Assembly (NCBI GenBank): GCA_976226885.1 | Contig: OZ320319.1 | Coordinates: forward strand, 66,340,001-66,404,000 | DNA from: Iphione sp. A-MEVVRFRX5 | Lineage: Eukaryota | DNA: 64,000 nt | Direction of reading: 5' to 3' | In this document: piece by piece, positions 42,201 to 54,200 of the stretch | Numbering within the stretch: the stretch's first letter is position 1 | How the letters are laid out: every line of letters begins with the position of its first letter | Translations under genes and position numbers: made by a program | Notes under the pieces: generated by a model | Database searches by the model: none | What the model was told of the DNA's origin: nothing | What the model saw: only the letters and a program-made list of their open reading frames with translations

Positions 42201-45200
42201 TCTTACAACAATGTCTCTGATAGAGACATGTCCCTAAGGTGGCTTTCCACTGTACACAAAGCCCGCAAATCACTGCTAATAGGCCATTCTACATTACGCG
42301 TAACTGTCAAGAAGAAATATCCCTTCACTGTGAATGTCAAAACTCACCGAAGGCATTCTTGGCCACTACAGGCTCCGTGGTCTCTGCTGGCTCGCTGATA
42401 CCATACTCGTTCTGGGCAAATACCCGGAACAGGTAGGCATTACCCTCCATCAGTTTGAGGACCGTCAGCTCCAGCTCTTCTGTTGATCCCGCCTCCATCC
42501 AGGAACGGCGTTTGACATCCTAAAAATAGCAATGGGCGAATGCAGGTTAGAGACCATGAATTTGTGATAGGAAGGCATGCAAATGGATAGGTACATGAAC
42601 ATGCGTGTAGAATTAACCCCCAAATTAAAAGGCTTTCCCATACCACGAGCGAACACAGTCTTCTAGTTGACGCTTGAAATGGATCTAGCTGATTTTCAAT
42701 TTATGAAAAATCAAATGGAATCCCACATGCACCAAATCTAAATGGGACTACAATTTTTGAATTGGAAGAGATGGGTTAACTGGCTTGACCGTTTAGTGTG
42801 TAAATGACTTGAACGGCCGTTATCCACAAATACAAGTGTCAAATTGGTATCTGTTATTGCACATGAGATGCGGACAACCAGTCTGTGTTAATCTACCTCG
42901 TCTTACCTTATTATACCTCACTTTATGTCAATGTGACTGTAAACAACTTGACTTATGTCATAACCATTAAGAATTCATCTCTGTCTTGTATTTTATGACA
43001 GTGGCTTAACTGGTGATATATGTATTGCCCATGTACATTCCGATTCTAAAAAACCCATCTGCCAGGCGAAATTGTGAATGGAATAGATTATTTCTTATCT
43101 TATCTTACCTTCACCTCTACCTTGTACCCTGTGATGGGGCTTCCACCGTCATCTTCTGGAGTCTCCCACGTGAGGTCGCCACTCTCTGCTGTCATGGCGG
43201 TAATCTCCGGGTTTTGTGGAGGTGAAGGTTTATCTAAAAGAAAACGTGTTCACACTAAGTCGGCGATCCTCAGCAACGAAAATTATCATCTCACAATGTG
43301 TGTATGATAGTCAAGACAGGATTTTTTTTCATAAGTATGCATCTGCGGTGAAATGAGCATTCTTTTAATTTCGTATGCAGCACATATTTTATTGTCGAAT
43401 TCATACACTTACCATAGACAACGAGCGTGATGTTGACTGTTGCCTTTCCGTGCTCGTTCTCGATAGTAGCGGTGTAGACACCAGCGTCTGTCCTTTCGAC
43501 GTTTTTGACGCTGAAGGTCACTGACGCCTTAGCGGTTGTAAGACGGACGCGCTCGGCGTCTGTGAGCGGCTCATCGTCGAGCAGGAGCGCGGCGGTGGGC
43601 ACTGGATGGGCGCGGAAGGGAATGTCGCGGCTTGTCGATGTCCCCGCCTTCATGACAATGGTGTCCTCGAAGGCATCTCCCAGGACGAACTGGGGTGCGG
43701 CTGGAATTATGGATGTCACGCGAATATGGAATCAGCACAATGTGAGTAGCATAACTCAATCGGCAATGTGTTACGTTTGGGTCTGCGATGAGAACTTTGT
43801 TGGACGGCTCTACTCCGAATATACCTATTGTGCCCAAAAGACGAAAAACAGTTTTATGCACATGTCAATCCACACGCTATTCTCATCCTGCTGATAATTC
43901 ATGGAGGACTCATCTCTAAAGCTATGGTGCCCAGAATATGAAAAACTTCTGCACATGCTACTCACCTTCGACTCGGAGTTTGGCCTGCGATGTCTTGCCT
44001 CTGGCCTCGACCAGGTACTCGTTAATGTCCTCCTCGGTGGCGTTCTGAATGGTCAGACGGTGCACAGCTCCATCTGTCGTCAGCTTGTACTTAGGGCTAG
44101 ACTTGATGACGTCCTTTCCACGATACCATTTCACCTTGACGTTGGCCTTGGTGAGCTCACACTCAAATGTCACCGTGTTGGGAACTTCCTGGAGGACCTG
44201 GTCCTCCAGATGACGAACGAAATCGATCACCTCCTCTGTTTGAAAGAGAGTCGGCCCATTAGTGAAAAATATCGTCAAACAGATATTATCCTTGTTGATT
44301 CATGTCTATATATACAGTCCACACACTAAGAGGCGAACAAGATAGGGACTGGACAATTGTGGTCTCTTCGACGTTTTGGTCTCATTAGGAGTTATACATA
44401 CAGACGGACGTCTATTTGCGACAATACCAAATTGACACCATTCTCACTAATAGAACCACATGAGCTGGGAACAAAAGTCTTGATTACTATATTAACCAGC
44501 ACCGATTTATGACTGTTCTCGCTATGATTACCATTTGAGTTCGGACCAGGGTGGTGGTCACAAGTAGACATTCGACTGTATACCTGTTTGAGAGTAAAAT
44601 CTTGGTCTCCCTCCTGTTTAGTCTCCTGTATGGTTTAGTCTTTAACCAGGTTTCAACTGTACATGTAACATGTAGTTATTAAATTTTACAAAGTAAATCC
44701 CATGCATAGTTCTGGCATTAATGAACGATAAAATAGTCTTATTCAAAAATACCATTTCCGTACAATTTGCTAATGTCACCCCACACTCCTATACATTGGT
44801 TTACTTGATATATTAAAAATGTAGTGGTTTGATAGAATTACCTCCCACAAAGAGAGATGCTGTCGACTTCTTTTCACCAAATACAACAGTGTATTCTGAT
44901 TGGTCGTCCAACTGTGATTCCCGGATGACGAGCGCATGTTTTGTACCCTCAGACTTCAGGTCGATTCTATGAAAGACGGGGCAAACAGTACTTGTATGTA
45001 TGAACACATAACTGACAATATCATGGAAACAGACTTTGCAATACCTGTCGAGATAGGAACATTGCCTTGTGGATTATTTGTTATTCGTCATATTTCAGAA
45101 AAACCGATAGTTACCTCTTCGACTTGCTGATCGTGTTCTTGCCTTTGAGCCACTTGGGTTTTTGGTCTGGCTTGGATACTTCACATTCAAAAGTGCCGGT

Positions 45201-48200
45201 TTCAGTTTCCATAACCTGCACATCTCGTAGTGGAGTCAGGAATTCTAGCTCTTTCTCTGGGAAAATTAATAAAATTCATAAGGAAATTTTAAAAATCTGT
45301 CTTGTTTTTAGGGAATTATTCAGGAACAACATAACATGCTACGTATATGGATTCAACTGAGCGCCTTGGTTAGCACTCTTGGGAGCTTAACTGTTTACAG
45401 GACGATTGTAAGCAGAAATACGTTCAGAAACTATACAAAATTACATCTGATGTATTTTTGTGTTGGCTAAATAGAAACTAATTCAGGTCTACGGTGCGAC
45501 GTAACCCTAGTTTGGGCTTTATAACATTTTGGCTAAATATGTAGGAATGTTGGGTATTGATATATCGACAATACTTATTTCGTACATTAGAGAAAAACAC
45601 ATTCACAAAAATATTCTTGTTGGACGTCCAGGTGTCCGGGAAACGCCTCACAGTATATCATACAGTGTACAGTATACCATTGCAGTATACTATACCTTTC
45701 ACGGTGAGCTTGGCTGTAGTCTTCTTTTCCTTGATGACACAGGAGTATTTCATGGCATCCTTCATCTTCGTCTCCACAACGGTCAGTTTGTGGACGGTGC
45801 CATCCACCTCGGGGGTGAACCGTTTAAAGTCCTTTTCAGTTATCTGTGTCCCTGCCTGGAACCATTTAGCCTGTTGGTCTGGTTTGGAGATCTCGCATTC
45901 AAACACAGCTGTCTCCTTCTCGAAGACCTCCAAGTTCGATAACGGCCGGACATACTCGAGTGGAAGTTCTGTGACAAAATAGTATATTGTCGTTTTAAAT
46001 ACGAAAACACAAGTAGTATGTAGTTGTAACTGTGATCTGTGAATTAGATATTACCATGCTACTGTTTGTATCAGTCGCATCATATACAGCACAGCGAGAT
46101 ATGAATTGTCCCGGAAGTAGAAATAGAGCCAAGTGATCATCTCATATAGACAAAGATGAAAACTATTTTTATAACAACCACGTTTAGTAATATGGGTCTT
46201 GAATTTTCTCTCATAACTGATGACACGTGACGATTTTACACACAGATCTAGCTCCATCACATCTACTTTTGTATATTATGTGAAGGACAGTCATGGCCGC
46301 TGTCAATGTGCGTACCCTGAACGGTGAGTTTGGCTGAGCTCTCAACCCCCTCCTCCAGAACGAGTTTATAGGTAGCCTGGTCGTCCGGTTGGCAATCCTT
46401 GATGGTCAGCATATGTTTGGTGTCCATTACGGCGTAGGCCACACGGCCGACCACGTCGAGAGGTTTCCCGTCCTTCAGCCATTTTCCCTTGAGACCTGGC
46501 TTGCTGAATTCACACGTGAAGGTGGCCGTCTTGAGCTCTTGAACCTTCTGGTCGGTGAGCGGCTTGAGCAACTCTGGGGCAGCTTCTGCGAGCGGAAATA
46601 TACATTTTTCATGCAGGAGGCTTAATTTCCATGCAAATGTAATTTCATGGCCATGTCACCATGTCGTCATCATGATATGTTTGTGGCATGTACCGTGTCA
46701 GCGAGTGCCGTGTTTTTGAATACAGAAAGTTCCCAATCTGGCGTATTTTAATGGGTTTGTTGGTATTTTTATTGGTTTATTGGTTTTTTGAATGGGAATT
46801 ATGCTTTTGTACAGAGGTATTGCATGGTGAACATGCTACATGTGCTACACGCAAGCGGAGTGATACACTCGTGACTTTCACACAGACAATTAAGGGTATT
46901 GCACCTTAGAATTTGCACGACCGTCAGCCTCTAAATTCATACCAATTGAATATACTATTCTAAATAATGTGCTGTCATTCTGTAACAAAAATAAAATGAT
47001 AACACATAAATCCCCACAGCTAATATTTGATTAAAACAACAAAGTCGACTGATTGTTTCGAACTGGTGCACATGGGATATATAGCCCTGGTCATCAAAAT
47101 GTCGTCCACAGTTTGTGAGCTGTGCTTAGAGAAAACGACCCTTTGTACGTACCCTCTACGCTGAGCTTGGCGGTCGATTCCTGTGAGTCTATTTTGATGG
47201 TATACTTGGCCTCGTCGTCTAGGGTGCACGTTTTGATGGTCAGGAAGTGCTTAGTCTTGTCTGTGCGCACTTCGAACCGCTTTGGTGCGGTATCCAGTTT
47301 CTTCCCGTCCTTCAGCCAGGTGGCTTTCTGACCAGGCTTTGACACCTCACACTCAAACTTGGCTGTTTCTTTCTCCTTGACCTGCTGGTCTTCCAGTGGC
47401 TTCAGGAACTCTATTGGTAGTTCTGTAACATTCAGGCGCTAAGGTAAATTTCTAAAACTACAATTCCGACTCTGCAATTCGACAATGAAATACATGTAGT
47501 AAAATGTAATTGATCATGAATTAAGTGATCTGTTATGAATCGCGGACATCTAGCAGAAACAGGTATGATATTTATCATTCATCAATAGCCCCAAACAATT
47601 GCCTCTATTTCACCAGCACATACCTTCAACAATAAGTGTTGCTTCGGTTGAAATGTTGTTTATAGAGTAGGAAACTGGACCCTGATCGTCTAGTGTTACG
47701 TCAGCAATTGTTAACGTTTGCGTGACACCATCTGTAGTGATCTGGTACTTCTTGTTCGCCTTGATTTTCTTGCCTTTGATGCTCCATTTGCCATCCTTTC
47801 GGTCAGCCTTGGAAAGCTCGCAAGTGAAGGTTGCGGTCTCCTTCTCAACGGCATCAACATTTTTCAAAGGCACGACAATCTCCAGTGGCCTCTCTGACGA
47901 AGGAAAAAGATTGTTTTAGTGAGAAACTCGATGTTAAATGCTTTCTAGTGATTGGTTTTCAATACCTTTATTTGCAGACATGCGTTGAGAATTAAATTGT
48001 CTAAAATTCGTCCTTAAACTGTGGCATAGCTGAGCCTGCCTACAAATTGACCCGGAACGGGTTGGAGCCACAGTTTTTCGATGTGTATAAAACAAAACAC
48101 ACTTGCACAGGTTTTGAGGAAATTGCCTTACCGTCAACGATGAGTTTTGCATTTGATGTTTTGCCGGTGGAAAGTTTGATTGTGTACTTGGCAGCGTCAT

Positions 48201-51200
48201 TCATTAGAGCATCAGTAATGATCAACTTGTAGATCTTTTCCTCAGACTCCATCTTGAAGCGCTCATCAGCAGGCAGTTCCTTACCGTTCTTCAACCAGGT
48301 CACCTAGCAAACCACATCACAGATGCATGGTGAGATTAGCATCTTTCTCTAAAGTATTTGTGAAGAAAGCATAAGAACTTTTTGGAATAGTACATCTGAG
48401 TTATGGGAGTGGGAATATATGAGAACCTTGGCTTTCCTTTCAGGAGCTTGGTATTTGTCAAAGAAGAAAAACGCGAGACGCACAAAAGAAATAATAGGCG
48501 GTAAATTTATTTACCTGTAAGTTCGACTTGTTCAGTTCAATGCTGAATTCTGCGGTCTCTGTTTCCATGATGTGAATATCTCTCAGGGATGTCATGAACG
48601 CAGGCGGCTTCTCTGTAAAAGAAAACATGCATGTCGTGTATGACCTTACAAAACTCCAGGCTATGTCTTACTCGGATAATCTTTAAATGATGCTCTAAGT
48701 TCGCACCTGAACATTTCACAGCGGCATGAAAAAATAGCTCCCATGAAGAAAATAACGAAACACTTACCATCTACAATGAGATTTGCTCTACAGGAGACGT
48801 CCTGGGAGGTGAAGGTGTACTCGGCCTGTTGATCGACCTTGGTCTTGTCAACAGTCAGTTTGTAAATGTTTCCTTCACACCTCACCTCATAGCCATCTTT
48901 GAGGTCAACCGCAGTGCCATTCTTAAGAAACTCGAACGGTTGATCAGGTTTGTTCAACTCGACGGTAAAGGTGACTGTCTCGTTCTCCATGCAGCGAATA
49001 TCCTTCATGGGTGTTACGATCTTCAAAGGTTCAGCTGTGTCAAAGAAAAGGCTAATTTACATATTGCTGATTGGCAGATTAGTTGTTCATTCCTGATATC
49101 CTAATAGAAACGTACCCGTCTGTGATGTCAATGAATTATGCGCATTGAATGCAGGGTAGCCAGTAACTTAGTTCTAAGGGACACGAAATGTTAACAACAG
49201 TTAAAAGGCTCAGAAAGTGTTTCTGTACGTATCAGAATTTACGATGTTTAGCACAATGGCTTACATTCAACCGTTAATTCAGCTGATGTCGATTCGTCAT
49301 TGGGAAGTTTAGCAGTGAATTCCGCACTTTCATCCAGCGGAACGTCCTTAATGATCAGGCGGTGAGTGCAACCGTCCGATTCGATCTTGTATTTGTCGCT
49401 CTTCTTGATCTTCTTGCCCTTGCGATAGAAGTCTACCCGCTGGTCTGGTTTCGACACTTCGCACTCAAAGACGACAGTGTCCTTTTCTTGGACGCGTTGG
49501 TCTGTCAGTGGTTTGGTAAAGACCGGCGGAGCCTCTGTAATGTCAGACACAACCAACGATCAGTTGACACATTCTCAAACACACGATGATGTAAGCTACA
49601 GTAACCCAGAGGACCATTAGGCCTTCACAGAAATATCGGAAGATCAGTCTATGTATTACATACGTCGCTCCTGACCACTCCCCAAATTTTGGAAATACTA
49701 AGCAGTCGGTTATTGCAGAGATTAATTCTGAAGAATGCAGAGATAGACTGGGTAATCGGGCTTGGTATTAACCACCACTTCCTTCACACTGATTCCTCTC
49801 TGGACAAGAGTGGGCCTACCTTTCACGGTGAGTGGTGCCTCGCTTATCAGCAGGCCCACGGTGACCTTGTAGAGACCTTCATCAGTAAGCATGGCCGACT
49901 TGATGTGCACCTTGTGTACACAGCCCTCGATGAGCACGTCAATGCGGTCATCGGGCGACACGTGCTGCCCATCCTTGAACCATTTGAGGGACACGTTGGG
50001 CTTGTTCACCTCGACTTCCAGTGTGACTGATTCTGACTCCATGACAGTTTGCGGGCTCAGCGGCACGATGAACTCTATGGGGATTTCTGTTACAGAGCCA
50101 GTAACATATCTGTCACTCACATTGTATGACACATTAGAACAATGCAATATACAGTAATTTTATGGATCATCATTTTTTTGTGAAAAACACAGATTTCTAT
50201 ACAAGATTGAGCATTACACTCATATGCAAATAACATAATATTTAAATTGAGACAAACATATTCATCTAAAAAAAATGCAAAAAGCACCTTTCTCCGAGAT
50301 AGTTGTAAGAGAGAACTAATCAGAAGAGCAACATTATGGTATGCGGTAGTGGATGTAAGTGTTAACTTCCTGGATCCTTTGATAAAAGGATGGTAAATAA
50401 TGGTGTTTTACCTTCGACATGAAGATGCCCTGAAGTGGACTGGTCTCCGATCTTGACGGTATACTCGGCGTCGTCCTCAAGCTGGGCATCATGGATCACC
50501 AACTTGTGGTCGCAGCCATCGACTAAGATCTGCAAACACATCCAATAATGCAGTGTCTAAAAGTGTGCAAGTGCGTGCAGCATTTTTCGGCATCTGATTA
50601 ACTAGAATTTAAAAGACATTATTGCATATTCAGATTTAATCAGTTAGCTACACCCAGTAAGGCAATTTACCTTTGGATTGTGTTAAGCTAAGGGATAACC
50701 CAGTGCTACAGGACAGCTACGACGCGCTTACTCATACCTTGATGCGCGCGTCGACTGGAGCGATTTGGTTGCCGTCCTTGAACCAAGTCACTTGGCGATC
50801 TGGCTTGTTGATGGAACAAGCCATCGTTACCTCCTCTTGCTCCATGACGGTCTGGTCCTTGAGGGGGATGGTGAATGTCACCGGCTCCTCTGTGGATAGA
50901 GGTCATGCCAGGTCAAGTTTTTGATTGGCACTTGGGTCTGGGCATTACACTAACTCGGATGTCTAAGATAACTATTAAGGCTAATAAAATACAGAATCAT
51001 AGGTTTCCTGATGAGTACATTTAAGATGCATACTTTAGATTCCTACATAAGTATGTTCCATTTTTAACGATATGAAAAGCTGGCAACACCGCCTGCAAAC
51101 TGTGTATATTCCACTGAGCACCACTGAAAATTTACCTTCAACAAATAGTTTGGCTGAAGTGCTTTCCTTCTCAGCCTTAGCGGTGACATTGCCTGCATCC

Positions 51201-54200
51201 TTGAGCAGGACTCCGTGCATGATGAGACGATGTACAGGACCCTCCATGACCATCTCGTAGTCTTCGCTGGCCTTGAGTTCTTTGCCGTCCTTGAACCAGC
51301 GAAGCTTGACATCGGACTTGGACAACTCACATTCGAAGATAGCCTCAGCCTTCTCCAAGACTGTCTGCTCAGTTAGAGGTCTTACGAACTTCAGTGGGGC
51401 TTCTGTTAACGTAAAGTGAGAGCATAATCAGAATATAATAATTACGCCTGTTTCCTATGACTTAATTGCTCTGGTATTCATTAATGAAAAGGCTTTGCCC
51501 TTGAGAGTGCAATTGGAGTTGTTGAAATGTAGTTCTGTTTCACGGAGTCACAATGCATCAAAGTCGTTTGAAAGAATAATCATGAAAACACATAGCATAG
51601 AATAGAGGCGAACTCGAAAGGAAACAATTTATAAAAGAAAATTTCTATGAAAATACTATTTGAAACTGGACGAACTAAACATATTCATATCAGAGGAGGT
51701 AGAATAAAGAAACTGTAACCATAAATACTACAAATTCACTACAAGATAAATGCTTGAAACACGACTTACCATATGCCACCAAAGAGGATTGTCAGAGATC
51801 AGTGCATGCAGTAAAATAATATAATGAGGAGGACAAAGTGTAAACGTAACTGGTAATCGCATGCGTCACCAGCTCGTCAATTGCCAGTGACAACATATAA
51901 TACAAATGGATATACAAGTACACAAATCACCCACTAGAACCAAGAGATCGCCTTGAACGCCGGTCCATAGCGGTTTGCATGCCTCAAGTGAACGAATCCA
52001 TGGCTTCTGAACAAAACGCATATTCCATCGACGTGCTCCAATGAAGCTCCAAGATCGGGTAAAACACAAAAGACCCCGAACACGCTCTCATCGAAGCTAG
52101 TATCACCTACCTTCTACCCTGAGGGCGGCAGTCGTCTCTAAGTCACCAGCTACGATCTTGTAAGTGGCCTGGTCGCTTAGCTGAGCTTTGCTTATGGTTA
52201 GTGTGTGTATGGTGCCTTCCGACACGACCAGGTGGTTGTCATCAGACTCAATGTCCTTCCCATTCTTAGTCCATCTAACAGCGACATCAGGCGCCGAAAG
52301 CTCACACACTAGGGTTACGTGATCATCTTCTATAACCCTGGTGTCCTCAAGGGGCCGGGTTATAGTGATAGGGGCGCCTGGAAGAAGGGTAGTTTTAGGT
52401 ATTATGGTCGGTTACTCATCTTCCCAATATAGTATTAGGAGGATGAAAGGATACTGATGGGTTTAGGCAGGCGTAACTAAAGCTTAACAAGGAAGAACAG
52501 ACAATAATAGTTGCCAAGCGAAATAAAAACGTGACAAAATCAATGATGTAGGTGGGAGATGCTGGTGATCAGCGTAACGCAACAGCAAAGAATAAAATGA
52601 TAATCAACTGTATGCGTGTGCCAAATGACAAATTAAAATGAAAAATTATAGCAATGACAAATCAAACCATCCATGCCTTGAAAAATACAGTGTAAAATTT
52701 TGCCAAACCAACAAGATATATGACTACTGCCGGCTCCCAAGTATCTAAAAGTGTCTCAAATAGAAAACAAAAAGGACCTAAAATATGAAAGTAAAAATCC
52801 AAAGTACTATATGAAAACTGAAATCAACCAAATGAAACATCCCTGCAGGGGTCCATGAAAGACAGACTGGAACCTATGCAGAAATATGCGAATAATATGT
52901 AGAACCAAACCCACTATAAACCAAAACGTAAACTCAATAAGCAAATCATGACCCATCCAACATGATTATAAACCACACAGAGGAATGTATTATATCTTGA
53001 AAGAGTATCCGTGCTAACCAAGTCTTACACACTACAGAGACACGACTGTATGAGCTGTACAGGTCTGACGTATTATCGTAGAAGAGCTTTTATATCTCTG
53101 TAAACTGCTACAATAAATACAAGTGATTATCGCAACTGCAATGAAGAAGTGCAAACGGTTATTAGAGTTGCTTTACAACAGATTGGTCCTACAGTTAAAA
53201 CACTCCTTATTTCCAGCCTACTACCTACCTATAGGCTGGGTTGCATCATCGTCCCTCCTTTTCAGTGGCTCTGCAAGTTTTGATGGTGTTTTCTCGTCTT
53301 TGCTTATATCTTGTTTCGCTTTTCTGTCATCCAGACTTTCTTTCTTGGGTTTAACTTCCTTTTCCTCGTCTTTTGTTTCTTTGTCTACCGTTATTTTCTC
53401 AGTTTTTTTCTTTCCCCACTTGGGGACATCTGTTTCCCCTTTTAGTTCCTTTTGTTCGGGCATTTCAGCATCTCCTGTTAGTGGTTCACCTTGCTTTTTG
53501 TCTTTTGGTGTTTCCCTTTTGGTTCCTGGTTCTCTTTTATCTTTCTTTGGTTCCTTCTCCTTTTTCTTTTCTTCTGACTTTTTCTTCCACTTGGGAACAT
53601 CCTTCTCCTCTTTTGGTTTCTCTTCATCAGGCTTTGGTTTCTCTTCTTCAGGCTTTGCCTTCTCAGGTTCATCTGGTTTCTTTACTTCAAGTTCTTTCTT
53701 TTCTTCTTTTGGTTCTTTCTCCACTTTCTTAGCTTCTGGCTTCTTCTTCCACTTGGGAACATCCTTCTCCTCTTTTGGTTTCTCCTCAGTAGGCTTTTCT
53801 GGTTCTTTCTCTTTTTGTGCTTCATCATCTTTCTTTTCATCAGGCTTTTCTTTCTTCCTTTCTGGTTCTTTTTTCTCTTCAGCCTTTTTCTTTTTCCACC
53901 AAGGCACTTGTTTCTCTTCTTTCTTTGATTTCTCTTCTTCAGGCTTTGCCTTCTCAGGTTCATCTGGTTTCTTTACTTCAAGTTCTTTCTTTTCTTCTTT
54001 TGGTTCTTTCTCCACTTTCTTAGCTTCTGGCTTCTTCTGCCACTTGGGAACATCCTTGTCCTCTTTTGGTTTCTCCTCAGTAGGCTTTTCTGGTTCTTTC
54101 TCTTTTTGTGCTTCATCATCTTTCTTTTCATCAGGCTTTTCTTTCTTCCTTTCTGGTTCTTTTTTCTCTTCAGCCTTTTTCTTTTTCCACCAAGGCACTT

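Noticed and set aside
9-44235. Calling the gene twitchin/projectin (unc-22/bent) or assigning the TTN symbol
   Set aside because: The domain pattern is not Fn-Fn-Ig nor the vertebrate 7/11 super-repeats, and the kinase needed for orthology is outside the window.
51764-51810. Orphan consensus donor CATATG|gtaagt in the Ig6-Ig7 intron (Cronos-like start?)
   Set aside because: There is no nearby acceptor. The phase-1 frame has a TGA eight codons upstream, and the terminal ATG would be out of frame with the next exon.
53221-53228. Elastic ORF ending at TAG 53221 as a terminal exon
   Set aside because: A G|gtaggt donor at 53229 gives an exact phase 1-1 exon that joins Ig6; the stop lies in the intron.
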